DNA of 64,000 nucleotides from Gemmatimonadales bacterium (GTDB lineage Bacteria; Gemmatimonadota; Gemmatimonadetes; Gemmatimonadales; GWC2-71-9): NCBI GenBank assembly GCA_965249575.1, contig OZ252244.1, positions 2,048,001 to 2,112,000 of the forward strand, read 5' to 3'. Shown piece by piece: positions 37,336 to 48,501 of this stretch (position 1 is its first letter; each line of letters starts with the position of its first letter). The notes under the pieces were generated by a model. It saw only the letters and a program-made list of their open reading frames with translations, ran no database searches and was not told where the DNA came from. The position numbers and the translations under genes were made by a program.

Positions 37336-39075
37336 CTACCGCCTCCGACTCACGTCCGCCCCCCTTGGAGCGTTCTTCTCTATATGGGCCGCCATCATCT
37401 CGATGAGTTCAGCGTTGGTCATTGGCTGCCACCCATGCCCCTTCATTGGGCGTCCGTAGACGAATTCGCCATCGTAGTAGGGATCGGTGGTACCCTCCAG
37501 GAACTCCTCTAGTAGATACACCGCAAACGCCAAATAGAAGTGGTCCATGTCGCCGGTGTACACTCGGATTTTGTCGACCAGGCTGGGCCCGATGTCCTTC
37601 CAATTCTTCTCGAGGTAGTGGCGGAGATCGTAGCCGTTGTCTCTCATGTAGTGCGCGACGTCTCGATCGATCTCGCCAGTGAGCATGTTCCACACCTGGC
37701 CGGGATACCCGTCGTTCCCCGCGGGTCCGTAGGCGGCGTTCCACGCGTCGATTTGCCCGCCGGACCGGCCTTTCGTCCCCTGGGCGTATTCCATGCGGCT
37801 GAGCTGGCGCACATTGCCGACCGGCTGTCCCTCTGGTGTCATTTGGAATGGGCGCTCCGGTGCGTCGTGCGGCGCGTTCGGCACAATGAACGCGCTCGTA
37901 TCGTCGTAGACGTTGACGAGCTGGTAACGTCGGAAATCCACCGGATCGGGGTAGAACGTCCAGGTCCCGCCGTAGAAATCGGGGTAGTGAACCTGCAGGG
38001 CGAGTGAAATCCAGCCTCCGGTCGATCCCCCGGTTAGAACCCGCGCGTACGGTTTGCCGATCATCCGGAAGTGCTCTTCGAGGTGCGGGATCAGCTCTTG
38101 GTGAATCGCGTCGCCGTAGGGGCCGTTGTTCGCCGAGTTGATACCGTAGGAGTCGTCGAAGAAAGGCGTCGGGTGTTGCAGAGTGACGGCGATGACTCTT
38201 GGAAAGGAGTCGGAATTCCAAGACTGGTAGAAATCGTACCCCGACTCACGGCGCCCGCGCGCCTCGCGCATCATCTGCGCGAACAATCCCGATCCGCCGC
38301 TCGGCGGCTCGGTGGTGAACCCGAACGGCGGGTTCAGCCCGAAATGACCTTCGGCGAACACCACCGGGTAGGACACGTCTGGGCTCTCATCGTATCCCTT
38401 GGGGAGCAAGAGAGTAGCTCCCAAGTAGAACGGGTGGCCCCAGAAGTCGCTCAGAATCTTGCTCTGGATCTTGATGCGCTTCACCCATCTGGTATCCTCT
38501 GGCACCGTGATGGGCGGTATCTCCTGGGTCAACCGCAGTTCGATCGCCGCGCCCGCTTTGGGATCGAGGCGTACGCGTTTGGGCTCACTATAGAGGTTGC
38601 CGGGCGAGAAGGCCCAGCGCTGTCCCTCCCACTGGTCCATGTGGGCCCAGATCACGTGTCCGTCCGACCTCCGGAACTCGGTGTACACGTTGAGCAACGC
38701 CTGCACGTAGTAGTCGCCCGCCGGGAGGTCATCGAGCGTGTCGTAAGGGAATCCAATCGCTCCCGAGTCCATAACCGCCGGCTCGCCGGGCGCCAGCTGG
38801 GCCACGTCTACCGCAAAGAAGGGCACCCGAGCGTCCCGCTGCCGCGCAGAGTAGTAGGCGGCGATGCGAGGCTCCGGATCGAGCGTGGGGCTGATCGCGA
38901 GAAACACGCGGCCCGTCACAGGCTCCTCGCTCACGGACCGATCGATCGTGATGTTGAAACGGAGACCCGACTGATCGGCGGCGGCGGTTTGGAGACTGGC
39001 ATCACTCGTGGGGCCTGCCAAAACGAACCCGAGCGCCAGCACAGTGGGTAGGCGGTTCCCTTTTGCTTCGATCAT
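37336..39075 (-). CDS. Secreted alpha/beta-hydrolase (esterase-like)
   Basis: Signal peptide; GGSTGGW nucleophile elbow; DDSYGINSANNGPYGD; paralog at 57467-59104. Confidence 0.85.
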   Translation of the reverse strand: MIEAKGNRLPTVLALGFVLAGPTSDASLQTAAADQSGLRFNITIDRSVSEEPVTGRVFLAISPTLDPEPRIAAYYSARQRDARVPFFAVDVAQLAPGEPAVMDSGAIGFPYDTLDDLPAGDYYVQALLNVYTEFRRSDGHVIWAHMDQWEGQRWAFSPGNLYSEPKRVRLDPKAGAAIELRLTQEIPPITVPEDTRWVKRIKIQSKILSDFWGHPFYLGATLLLPKGYDESPDVSYPVVFAEGHFGLNPPFGFTTEPPSGGSGLFAQMMREARGRRESGYDFYQSWNSDSFPRVIAVTLQHPTPFFDDSYGINSANNGPYGDAIHQELIPHLEEHFRMIGKPYARVLTGGSTGGWISLALQVHYPDFYGGTWTFYPDPVDFRRYQLVNVYDDTSAFIVPNAPHDAPERPFQMTPEGQPVGNVRQLSRMEYAQGTKGRSGGQIDAWNAAYGPAGNDGYPGQVWNMLTGEIDRDVAHYMRDNGYDLRHYLEKNWKDIGPSLVDKIRVYTGDMDHFYLAFAVYLLEEFLEGTTDPYYDGEFVYGRPMKGHGWQPMTNAELIEMMAAHIEKNAPRGADVSRRR

Positions 39076-39163
39076 GGCACACTCCTTCGCTGTTCACCCG
39101 CTCCGCGACGCGCGGGGAGATCGGGCTTTGCAAACTGAATCGATTGGGGCTGAGCAGCCTGCT

Positions 39164-39541
39164 CTAGGCAACCGCGGCGAGCGCCTGAACCTCGACCAGC
39201 AGCCCGTTCTTGAAATTGCTCACCGGTACGATTGCCCGGGCGGGGCGGTGATCGCCCATCACCCGCGCGTAGACCGTGTTCACCGGGTCCCAGAGGTCCA
39301 TCCCGGATACGAATACCGTGATCTGTAGGACGTGGCCCAGGCCACTTCCGGCGGCGTCGAGGATCGCCGACATGTTCGCGAGTGCCTGTTCGGTCTGCTC
39401 CTCGATCGTACCCGCCGGGCGTTCGGGCGCCGCCGGATCGATGCCGACCTGACCTGCGACGTAAACCAGGCCGCTATGAACGATGGCCTGCGAGTAGTGG
39501 CCGGCGGGGGCCGGAGCCTTCGCTGTACGTATCGCCTTCAT
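39164..39541 (-). CDS. RidA/YjgF family enamine deaminase
   Basis: APAPAGHYSQA..VYVAGQ..N.VY..RPARA..LVEV. Confidence 0.93.
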   Translation of the reverse strand: MKAIRTAKAPAPAGHYSQAIVHSGLVYVAGQVGIDPAAPERPAGTIEEQTEQALANMSAILDAAGSGLGHVLQITVFVSGMDLWDPVNTVYARVMGDHRPARAIVPVSNFKNGLLVEVQALAAVA

Positions 39542-39548
39542 GATCGGA

Positions 39549-40488
39549 TCACTTCGGGTCGGAGGGTTGGCCTACCGTTCCCGCGTTCGGCTGACGGGGA
39601 TAGCCGGCGTAGTCGCCCAGAGTCGAGGCAGCCGCGGCGCCGACAGCGGCACCAAGCTCGAGCGAAGCCCTCGTATCGTAGCCGCAGCCACCCGGCCAGG
39701 AACCCAGCGTTGAAGCCGTCACCGGCCCCTACCGGATCGATCGCCTCCTCGAGCCGCACACCTGGCACGTCTACCCGAACCCCTTCCGTGAGCGCGGATG
39801 CGCCAGCGCCGGCCTGCTTGAGCACGACGGTCGCTGGCCCGAGGGCAGCGCCGCTCTCGAGCGCCGTTTTCACGTCATTCGCGCCGAGTATCGTGGCTGC
39901 ATCCTCGTGGCTCATGAGGAGAATGTCCACCTCACGCATGAGTGGCAACAGCTTGCGCCGGGCCGTTTCAGGATCCCATAGCGGTGCCCGGTAGTTCGGG
40001 TCGAACGTCACAATAAGCCCCTCGGCGCGGGCGAGCGCTATCGCGCGCCCTACGGCCGCCGCGCAGGTGTCGCTCAGCGCCGGTGTTATGCCGCTCAAAT
40101 GAACGATGCGGGCTCCGCGAATTCCCTCGGTACCTATGTCATCCGGCGTCACGTGACTCGCGGCGGAGCCCGATCGATAGTAATAGACCCGCCTGGATCC
40201 GTCGGGCAGCCACTCCCGAAAAAAGACTCCCGTTGGCGCCGACCGGTCCACGATCAGCCAAGTCGTGTCCACCAGCTCGGCGTCGAGAGTCGCACGAATC
40301 CTTCGCCCGAATGGATCGTTGCCTACTCGCCCGATGAACCGGGTAGGGTGACCCAGTCGAGTGAGGCCGATTGCCGTGTTCGCCTCCGTACCCGCGACGT
40401 CGATGGTTAGGCTTGCAGCGCGGTCCAGCGTAACTGGCTCCGACGGAAAACAGACGCCCATGCATTCGCCGAGCGTGACGACCTCCAT
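39549..40488 (-). CDS. PfkB family sugar kinase (KdgK-like; frameshift near 39683)
   Basis: AGTEANTAIGL, GRVGNDPFG, FDPNYR, DPVGAGDGF; true C terminus in the shifted frame (LELGAAVGAAA). Confidence 0.9.
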
Positions 40489-40726
40489 GCCTGGTTTCAC
40501 CGCTGGCCTCGCCCGTTGGCGCACACCGTGATCGTTCTCCACGCTTCGGAATAGAAATGAGAGCGCCGGCTGCCACGTACCCGCGCCTGAGTGGCGAGGC
40601 TCATCGAACTGGAAACCTCAGCGGTCGGTGGCTAACATGCTCGGGAGGTCATGCACTGTCAAAAGGGTCGGTGGGGTTGGTCAGCGATGATTCCGCAACG
40701 GGTGGCTGGGGGACGCTAGTCGCGCC

Positions 40727-41281
40727 GTGGCATCCGCGTTTACCCATGTTGTGGTTGCGGGTGCTCTAGGCACTGCGTTTCAGCGTGCCGGGATGCCAGG
40801 CTGGGTGTGGGGGGCGGCCGCGTGCTGCGCGGTGCTGCCCGACGCGGACGTCGTCGGATTTGCGCTCGGCATTCAATACGGTGATCTCTTGGGCCACCGC
40901 GGCCTCACCCACTCCCTTCCCTTCGCCGCAGGACTGAGCGCCCTGGTCCTGGCCGTCGGGGTTCGAACGGATGGCAGACGCCTCCCCGCGCAATTTGCGG
41001 TGTGGTGGTGCCTGTTCCTCGCCACGGCCTCGCACGGGCTATTGGACGCGTTGACGGATGGAGGACTGGGGGTCGAGTTTTTCGCCCCGTTCGGAAGCAC
41101 GCGATATTTCTTTCCCGTGCGACCTCTCGCGGTGTCTCCAATCGGGATCGCTTCGTTTTTCTCGGAGTGGGGGTGGCGGGTCATGCGAACCGAGGTGTTA
41201 TGGATCTGGGCCCCTGCGGCGGCGTTTTCGGGGGCGATACTCCTATGGCGGTACAAGTGGACGCAGGCGGGTGTGCGATAA
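40727..41281 (+). CDS. Inner-membrane metal-dependent hydrolase (YdjM/YbcI family)
   Basis: LPDAD, GHRGLTHSL, SHGLLDALTDGG..FFAPF. Confidence 0.9.
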   Translation: MASAFTHVVVAGALGTAFQRAGMPGWVWGAAACCAVLPDADVVGFALGIQYGDLLGHRGLTHSLPFAAGLSALVLAVGVRTDGRRLPAQFAVWWCLFLATASHGLLDALTDGGLGVEFFAPFGSTRYFFPVRPLAVSPIGIASFFSEWGWRVMRTEVLWIWAPAAAFSGAILLWRYKWTQAGVR

Positions 41282-41303
41282 CCGCTTGTCGGAGTGTGCC
41301 CGT

Positions 41304-41867
41304 TTGATCCGGCCGGCCGCGTTTGGGGGGCCGTCGCTCACGCACTCGGCATGGGCTCTCCTCCTGTTGATCGTCGTTCTCGCGGCGTGTCGGCCGATCG
41401 GGGCCACGACGGTGCTGCTCGTGCGGCACGCCGAGAAAGTCTCCGATGAGCGCGACGCGGTGCTCTCCGAAACCGGTGAGGAGCGCGCGCGGGCGCTGAT
41501 TCTCGCTGTGCGGGATGCTGGCGTGACTGCGATCTATGCGACGCAGTACGGTCGAACGCAGGCGACCGCAGCGCCGCTGGCGACTTCCCTGAGTATTCAG
41601 ACTAGTATTATCTCGACGACCGACGGTGCGCCGGATCATGCGGAACGTGTTGCCAGGGTGATCTTGACCGAACATTCAGGCGAAACGGTCTTGGTTGTGG
41701 GGCACAGCGATACGGTCCCCGCCATCGTGCGGGCGTTAGGTGGGACTGCGCCGGAAGAGCTCGAAGCGCACGAATACAACGACCTATTCATTGTGACGGT
41801 CATGCCCGGTGGCGGGGCCAACACCATACGGGCGAAGTACGGTGGCCCCAACCCCTCCCCGGGGTAA
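41304..41867 (+). CDS. Histidine phosphatase (phosphoglycerate mutase/SixA family), probable lipoprotein
   Basis: VLAAC lipobox; LVRHAEK, LSETG..RA, RTQAT, LVVGHS; start approximate. Confidence 0.85.
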   Translation: MIRPAAFGGPSLTHSAWALLLLIVVLAACRPIGATTVLLVRHAEKVSDERDAVLSETGEERARALILAVRDAGVTAIYATQYGRTQATAAPLATSLSIQTSIISTTDGAPDHAERVARVILTEHSGETVLVVGHSDTVPAIVRALGGTAPEELEAHEYNDLFIVTVMPGGGANTIRAKYGGPNPSPG

Positions 41868-41953
41868 TGAGGGAAGGGGAAGGGTTCTCGACTCGATAAG
41901 GCGCGTCAGCTGGCCCCTCCGGCGCCGGGAGTTCATTAGAGAGAGGTAGTTCA

Positions 41954-43330
41954 ATGAGACAACATCGACAGATCGTGACGGCCCTCGTGCTATCGCTACT
42001 GGGGTCGACCCAGGCAGCAGAGGGTCAGGGGCAATACCCGCCCGGGGAGCACGCGAGCCGCAATATCAAGGTGCTGTCCCACCTCCCGCTGGTCGGTCCC
42101 CGGTTTAGTCACGCCGACATAGAGGTCGAGCAGGAGCTGTCCCGCCCGTACGCGTACGTCGCGCATCGCCACGGTGATGTCGGGTTCTACATCCTGAGCA
42201 TCAAGGAGCCCACGAACCCGGAGGTCCTCTACAAGTGGACCATTGAGAACCCCGAGTTGCATCAGGGGAGTGGTCTGGACAACAAGTACGTCAAAGTGGG
42301 CGGACGGTACTATGACGTGACTTCCTTTCAGTTCAGACAGGGCGGCCCGGACGCCGACCTCGGAGCGGTGGTCGTGGACGTGACGGGACTGCCCGATCCC
42401 TCGACGGTGAAGGAAGTCGCGCGGATCCGCGCACCGGAGATTCCCGGAGGGTTCCACAACATCTTCGCGTACAAACACTCGGACGGGCGGGCACTGCTGT
42501 TCGCTACGACCAACGGAGAGTTCACCTACATCTACGACGTGGCGCTGGTCGTGTCCGGAGGGCGGAACGGCGGACTGGTCAGCAAGATCGCGGTTCCGCA
42601 GCCGAGCGAAAGACGAGCCCGGCAGTGGCACGATTTTTACGTGGGGTATGACCCGGCGAGCAGGCAGGATCGATTCTACGGGGGCGGCTCCGGTGGGTAC
42701 TACGTGTTTGACGTTACGGACGTGACGGACTCGAAACTACTGGCTACAGTGACGGGCGCCGCGGGCGTCAAAGATGGCCACACCTTCACACCCACGCCCG
42801 ATGGCCGATACGCCCTGAGCATGTCTGAGCCGACGTACCAGTACGCGCCGATGAGGATTTTCGATCTCAAGCCCGCCCTCGATGGCGAGGTGAAGTCCGT
42901 GTCTCGACCGATCGGGGCCTGGATGGCCAAGTGGAATGGCGCGTCTCACAACCACGAGATTCGGTGGCCGTACGCATTCATCTCGGCGCAGGACGACGGT
43001 TTGCAGGTGCTGAACCTCATGGATCCAACCAACCCCTATACGGTCGCGTACTACAACACCAGGGAGGGGCCGGAGCTGTTCGGTGAAGATCTGGGCGGCA
43101 GAACCGGAACCGGTGGCGGCATCTACAACGGGGCCTGGGGAGTCGACATTCGCAATGCGGACGGGCTGATCGTCGTGGGCGATTTCAACAGCGGTCTCTG
43201 GGTTCTCAAGATGGATGGGTTCGACGGCTGGAACGGTCACAACTGGGGAATGCCCAATAACTCGAGTGCTCAGGACTGGGATAATGGTCCCGACGGTGCG
43301 CCACGCGCGCCGAAGGCCGCCCTGCGTTAG
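41954..43330 (+). CDS. Secreted LVIVD-repeat protein
   Basis: Signal peptide; repeats AYVAH..GFYILSIKEPTNP, VVVDVTG, YYVFDVTD, GLQVLNLMDPTNP. Confidence 0.82.
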   Translation: MRQHRQIVTALVLSLLGSTQAAEGQGQYPPGEHASRNIKVLSHLPLVGPRFSHADIEVEQELSRPYAYVAHRHGDVGFYILSIKEPTNPEVLYKWTIENPELHQGSGLDNKYVKVGGRYYDVTSFQFRQGGPDADLGAVVVDVTGLPDPSTVKEVARIRAPEIPGGFHNIFAYKHSDGRALLFATTNGEFTYIYDVALVVSGGRNGGLVSKIAVPQPSERRARQWHDFYVGYDPASRQDRFYGGGSGGYYVFDVTDVTDSKLLATVTGAAGVKDGHTFTPTPDGRYALSMSEPTYQYAPMRIFDLKPALDGEVKSVSRPIGAWMAKWNGASHNHEIRWPYAFISAQDDGLQVLNLMDPTNPYTVAYYNTREGPELFGEDLGGRTGTGGGIYNGAWGVDIRNADGLIVVGDFNSGLWVLKMDGFDGWNGHNWGMPNNSSAQDWDNGPDGAPRAPKAALR

Positions 43331-43728
43331 AGCGGCTCGTCTTCGTGAGCCTGTTCCTCGCCTTCCCTGACCGGGTCGCGAATCGCGAGGTCGATGGCCA
43401 GCCATATGGTCTTCGAATACGGGTAGCCGATAATAGGAAAGACCACGGCGAGGAACAGGCTGCCGTAGAGGATGATTCGCCACGGAGGAGCCGGCCACGT
43501 GATAAGCAGCGTGCCAAGTGAGGCGGCGGCGACCAATAGCTCGGCCGCGATGAAGTTGACCAGTATCGCTCCCAGGAAGTAGTCGTGCTCGCCCCGATCG
43601 GTGAGGATGCGGCACGAGGGGCAGGCATGCCGAATGCTGAACCAATTGCTGAACAACCTCCCAGCTCCACAGGAGGGGCAGCGCCGCATGAACGCACGCC
43701 GGAGGAAGAGGCCGGCTTCCCTACCCAC
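43327..43728 (-). CDS. DUF983 family membrane protein
   Basis: RCPSCGAGRLF..CPSC followed by two TM helices. Confidence 0.8.
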   Translation of the reverse strand: MGREAGLFLRRAFMRRCPSCGAGRLFSNWFSIRHACPSCRILTDRGEHDYFLGAILVNFIAAELLVAAASLGTLLITWPAPPWRIILYGSLFLAVVFPIIGYPYSKTIWLAIDLAIRDPVREGEEQAHEDEPL

Positions 43729-43757
43729 GGGCGGGCGACCCCGCTAAGAGGACTTCC

Positions 43758-44966
43758 TTGCTAGACACCGAGCGCGTCTCCAGCAAGCTCAACAAGTTCA
43801 GGCCCTCGCTCACGCTCGAGCTCAAAGCGCTCGCCGCCGAGCGGATGGCGCGTGGGTTGCCGGTGTACGACTTCGGCCTCGGAGAGACCAAGGGAGAGCT
43901 GGCGCCGCGAATCCGGGAAGCCGGCGCACGCGCGTATCGAGAAGGCGACACGATGTACGGAGACCCTGCCGGGCTGGCTGCGCTTCGGTGGGCTGCGCTT
44001 CGGTGGCTTCGGCTGGAAGGGAAGTACCAAGTACAGAACGTCGTCATCACCGCGGGAGCCAAACAGAGCCTGTTCAACGTGTTTTTGGCCGTCTGTAATC
44101 CGTCCGATTGCGTACTCTTCGATGCGGCCCCGTGGGTGAGCTACCAACCACTTGCTGTCGCGGCGTGCGGGTTTCCGGTAATGGTCCTCCCGGCGGCTGG
44201 CCACGCGAACCATCTGAAGGTCACGCCCGACGATCTCTTACGCAACCTGACGATGCGTCCACACGCCAAGCTGTTTCTGCTCAACAATCCGGTGAATCCC
44301 ACCGGTCAGCTCTATGATGCGGCGGAGCTCGAGGCGTTGCTCCAGGTGTGTGTCGAACGCCGGATCTATTTCGTGCTTGACCGGCTGTACTGGCGCCTCA
44401 TTTACGACGGTGTGGAATTTCCGGAGCCCCGGGTGGACAAGGAGACCAAGCCGTGGTTGATCCAGGTCGACGGCATGTCGAAGAATTTCCGCCGAGCCGG
44501 CGGCATCAGGATCGGATGGTCGGTTGCCCCGGACGACGTCTCGCACGCCATGGCCAATCTGCAAAGCCATTACACGGCCGGTCCCGCGACTCCGACGCAG
44601 CAGTCCGCGCTTGCCGCCGTCAACACGGAATACGATCCGGAGCTCAAGAACGATCTCGAGCGAAAGCGGGGACTCCTCACCGAAGCCAGTCGCAAGCTGC
44701 CTTCCGTCAAGGTGTGGCCAACACCGGCGACGTTCTATTCGTTTTGGGATGTTCGAGAATGCTTCGGCAAGACGACTCCCGGAGGAAACACACTTTCGAG
44801 CTCAGATGACGTGTCGACCTACCTGCTCTCCGACGCGGGGGTCGTGACGGCGTCCGGCACCGGGTTCATGCAGGACGGGTTCCTGCGGGTCTCGTTTGCC
44901 ACACCGGACGAACACATTTTGGAGGGCGTGCCGGCGGCCGCAAGGGCGCTCGCGGCGCTTCGGTGA
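43758..44966 (+). CDS. Class I/II PLP aminotransferase (aspartate aminotransferase-like)
   Basis: ITAGAKQSL, WVSY, LNNPVNPTG, DGMSK..GIRIGW, LRVSFA. Confidence 0.92.
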   Translation: MLDTERVSSKLNKFRPSLTLELKALAAERMARGLPVYDFGLGETKGELAPRIREAGARAYREGDTMYGDPAGLAALRWAALRWLRLEGKYQVQNVVITAGAKQSLFNVFLAVCNPSDCVLFDAAPWVSYQPLAVAACGFPVMVLPAAGHANHLKVTPDDLLRNLTMRPHAKLFLLNNPVNPTGQLYDAAELEALLQVCVERRIYFVLDRLYWRLIYDGVEFPEPRVDKETKPWLIQVDGMSKNFRRAGGIRIGWSVAPDDVSHAMANLQSHYTAGPATPTQQSALAAVNTEYDPELKNDLERKRGLLTEASRKLPSVKVWPTPATFYSFWDVRECFGKTTPGGNTLSSSDDVSTYLLSDAGVVTASGTGFMQDGFLRVSFATPDEHILEGVPAAARALAALR

Positions 44967-45084
44967 AGTGCGTTGCCAAGGGCTGGGCGCGGGCGTAACA
45001 TGGACCCCCTGACGGTACCGCTACTCAGTCGTTTCGGTGGCGGGCCACGACGTCGTACGTTGAGCACGTCGGCGGAGGCGTCCT

Positions 45085-46457
45085 ATGGTCTCGGTAGAGA
45101 CAATCCAATCCAACCTCGAGGCGACGTACAGGAAGCGCACGCCGCAGTCGCGAGTAGCGTTTGAGCGAGCGCTCGCCAGCCTGCCGGGAGGCGATACCCG
45201 GTCGAGCATGTTCGATACCCCCTATCCGATGTTCGTCTCGCACGGCGAGGGCGCTCGACTCTTCGATGTCGATGGAAACGAATATCTAGACCTCGTCAAC
45301 AACTACACCGCGCTCATTCACGGGCACGCGCACCCCCACATCGTGAGGGCCATCTCGGAACAGGCGGCGCGGGGCGCCTGCCACGGCGCACCGGTAGAGC
45401 TGCAGACCCGGTTTGCGGAGATGATCTCCGATCGCGTCCCCTCGATGGAGCAAATAAGATTCGGCAACTCCGGAACCGAAGCCGTGCTCGCGGCCATACG
45501 GGGAGCCCGGTCATTCACTGGTCGGGCGAGGATTCTGAAAATGGAGGGCGGCTATCACGGTCAGTACGACGCGGCGTTCGTCAGCATGGATCCAGGACCA
45601 CATCCCCCCGATTGGCCTGAGGGAGTCCCGGACGGCCCCGGTTTGTCCCCAGGCCTCACGAGCGAGGTACTCGTCGCGCCCTTCAACGACGTCGTCACAA
45701 CGACGAGTCTCATCGAGAATCACCGTCATGAACTCGCGGCCGTCATCGTCGAGCCGGTTTTGGGGGCGGGCGGCGTGATTCCGGCGGACTCCGAGTTTCC
45801 CGCCGCAATACGCGATGCAACCCGTTCGGCGGGGATCGTCTTGATCTTCGACGAGATCGTGACACTGCGTCTGGCCGTGGGAGGCGCGCAGGCGACCTAT
45901 GGCGTTATACCCGATCTCACCACGCTTGGGAAGATCATCGGCGGAGGATTGCCGATTGGCGCGTTCGGTGGTCGGGCGGACATCATGGCGCACTTCGATC
46001 CACGCAGGCCCGGCTATGCGGCCCACTCCGGCACCTTCAACGGGAACGCAGTCACGATGGCCGCCGGGATTGCATCGCTCGAGCTCCTAACCCCCGAGGT
46101 CATCGCTCGGATCAACGCACTGGGGGGACGGCTGCGCCGCGGAATGAGCGCGGCGCTCGCCGATGCGGGCGTCACCGCGACCGTGCAGGGCATTGGTTCG
46201 TTGGCCACCACGTGCACCTGGGCATCGACGAAGTGAGGGAGTACAGGGCGTCGGCGCGCGCACGCAGCTCCGGTGGGTGGCACTGGCTCCGTCTCGCGCT
46301 CGTGAATCGGGGCGTCTTCGTACCGCCTCGCGCGCTGTTCGCGCTCTCGACACCGATGACGGAGGCCGATGTCGATGAGACCTTGGGTGCGTTCCGCGAG
46401 GCGGTAGGTGAGGTCCGCCCGATACTTGCAGCGAACAACGTAGCCGCCGCGGTGTAG
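45085..46457 (+). CDS. Class III aminotransferase (HemL-like / beta-amino acid transaminase-like; frameshift near 46208)
   Basis: PGGDTRS, NNYTALIHGH, NSGTEA, GGYHG, LIFDEI, LGKIIGGG, HSGTFNGN; C terminus in ORF 46212-46457. Confidence 0.9.
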
Positions 46458-46474
46458 CGGAGCTCCGTGTCCAG

Positions 46475-47374
46475 TTGAGCGCTCTTCGCAAGGTCGGCAT
46501 CATTGGCGCCGGCACGATGGGACGCCGCATAGCGTTTGGGTGCGTGATCCGGGACATCACGGCCCGCTTGTACGACATCGCACCGGGCGTTGGAGAAGCG
46601 GCGTTGACGGGGGTTCGTCGAATGATCGAGGCGCGGGTTACCGCCGGACAGCTCCCTGAGAGAACTCTCGACACCGCAATGCAATTGGTGACCACGAGTC
46701 CATCGATTGAGGCATGCGTCTCGGGCGCCGACCTCGCCATCGAAACCGTATCGGAAAGCGTTGAGCTCAAGCGCAAGGTCTTTGCGGAGATCGATCGGTA
46801 CGCTCCTCCGGCTCTGCTGATCGGCACGAACACATCCTCGATCCCAGGGTCGCTGCTCGCCGATGCAACTCAACGCCCCGCACAGGTTTTCAACTTCAAT
46901 TTCGGGCACGTCGATCACCCGAAGGTGGAGGTGATGGCTCATCCGGGGACCGCCAAGGCCACGATGCAAGCAGCGGTCGACTTCGTGCGTTCCATGGACC
47001 TGGTACCCATCGTCGTCCGGCGGGAGATTATGGGCTACGGCCTAAACCGGGTGTGGCGGGCGGTGAAGAAGGAAGTCCTACACCTCATCGATGGCGGATA
47101 CCTGGGCCACGAAGACATTGACCGAGGATGGATGTTGGACTGGCACGTGTCCGTTGGCCCTTGTGGGCTCATGGACAAGATCGGACTCGACGTGGTTCGC
47201 GATATCGAGAACATCTACTTCAAGGAGAGCGGTGATATCGCCGACAAGCCACCCAAGCTACTCGACGACATGATCGCCGCTGGGAAGCTCGGCGAGAAGG
47301 CGGGGGAGGGGTTCTATACGTATCCCAATCCGGCCTACGAACTGCCTGGCTGGCTTCGAGGTGGAACTCAGTAG
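46475..47374 (+). CDS. 3-hydroxyacyl-CoA dehydrogenase family protein
   Basis: GIIGAGTMG, IETVSESVELK, TNTSS, MDKIGLD, LGEKAGEGFYTY. Confidence 0.92.
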   Translation: MSALRKVGIIGAGTMGRRIAFGCVIRDITARLYDIAPGVGEAALTGVRRMIEARVTAGQLPERTLDTAMQLVTTSPSIEACVSGADLAIETVSESVELKRKVFAEIDRYAPPALLIGTNTSSIPGSLLADATQRPAQVFNFNFGHVDHPKVEVMAHPGTAKATMQAAVDFVRSMDLVPIVVRREIMGYGLNRVWRAVKKEVLHLIDGGYLGHEDIDRGWMLDWHVSVGPCGLMDKIGLDVVRDIENIYFKESGDIADKPPKLLDDMIAAGKLGEKAGEGFYTYPNPAYELPGWLRGGTQ

Positions 47375-47441
47375 GTATGCCCCCAAGGGGCGTGCTCGCT
47401 CACGGGGTAGCAACTCGCACATCTTGGAGACGTAGCGTCCA

Positions 47442-48413
47442 ATGAGCCAGCAACTCGAACACCTTTGGGACTACGCCGACCCTTACGCTTATATGGATGC
47501 CGTTCGTAAGGGCATGCCTCCGGTCATCATCTGCGTCGCGTGCAACGGTGGCATACAGGGCAAGGAATCGAACGAAAACCTACCGGAAAGTGCCGCCGAG
47601 ATCGCCGAGTCGGTGCATGGTGCCTATGAGGCAGGCGCCTCCATGGTCCACGTTCACGCCCGTGATCCGAAGCATCCCACCCGGCCCGCCACCACGACGG
47701 ACGTCTGGTACGACGTGAATAAGAGAATTCGCGAGCGATGCCCGGAGATCATCATCAATGACACGACCGGGGGTGGTCCGGACATGACGATGGGCGAGCG
47801 GCTCTCTTGCCTCGACGCGATGCCCGAGGTGGCCTCCCTCAACCTGACTCCGGATATGAGCAAGTTCACGATCAAAGAGCGCAAGGCGCCGCTGCCGGAT
47901 CCTCGTCCGGCGATGGTGTACGACGAGTGCCTGCCGTTCTCCTACAAGATCGTGAGCCAGTTCGCTACCGAAATGAAGAAACGCGGCATCAAGCCGGAAC
48001 TCGAGACGTATCACACCGGCGGCGTGTGGGTGATCTTGGATTTGATCAGTCAGGGGTTGATCGATAAACCCTATTGGGTGCAAACAGTCATGGGTTACCA
48101 GACATCGAGCTACCCCACCGTGGACAACGTGAGCCACCTCTTGCGCGAGCTTCCAGCCGGATGTCTTTGGCTGACTTCAGGGATCGGTCCCTACCAACTC
48201 CCCATGACGACGCTCGCGATGGTTCTCGGCGGCCACGTGCGGGTTGGCCTAGAGGACAACGTATACTATCGCAGAGGAGAGAAAGCCAAGAGCAACGCAC
48301 AGCTCGTGGCGCGCGCAACGCGGATCGCGAATGAACTGAATCGGGACGTTGCGACACCGGCGCAGGCCCGCGAGATGCTGGGCCTATCCGAGAAGCCGTC
48401 ACAGTACTCCTAA
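47442..48413 (+). CDS. Beta-keto acid cleavage enzyme (BKACE/DUF849, Kce family)
   Basis: AGASMVHVHARD, TTGG, PEVASLN, KPELE, GGHVRVGLEDN, ATPAQAREMLGL. Confidence 0.93.
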   Translation: MSQQLEHLWDYADPYAYMDAVRKGMPPVIICVACNGGIQGKESNENLPESAAEIAESVHGAYEAGASMVHVHARDPKHPTRPATTTDVWYDVNKRIRERCPEIIINDTTGGGPDMTMGERLSCLDAMPEVASLNLTPDMSKFTIKERKAPLPDPRPAMVYDECLPFSYKIVSQFATEMKKRGIKPELETYHTGGVWVILDLISQGLIDKPYWVQTVMGYQTSSYPTVDNVSHLLRELPAGCLWLTSGIGPYQLPMTTLAMVLGGHVRVGLEDNVYYRRGEKAKSNAQLVARATRIANELNRDVATPAQAREMLGLSEKPSQYS

Positions 48414-48501
48414 CCGACACGATGCTCCGGTCTTTCGCTCGGGACTCATCGTCACTCGTCCCGTGCGGTAGCGGCGCCGCAGGTCACAGCGAGGAGACGT
48501 C

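Noticed and set aside
38071..39051. 326-aa + strand ORF
   Set aside because: Antisense shadow of the esterase gene.
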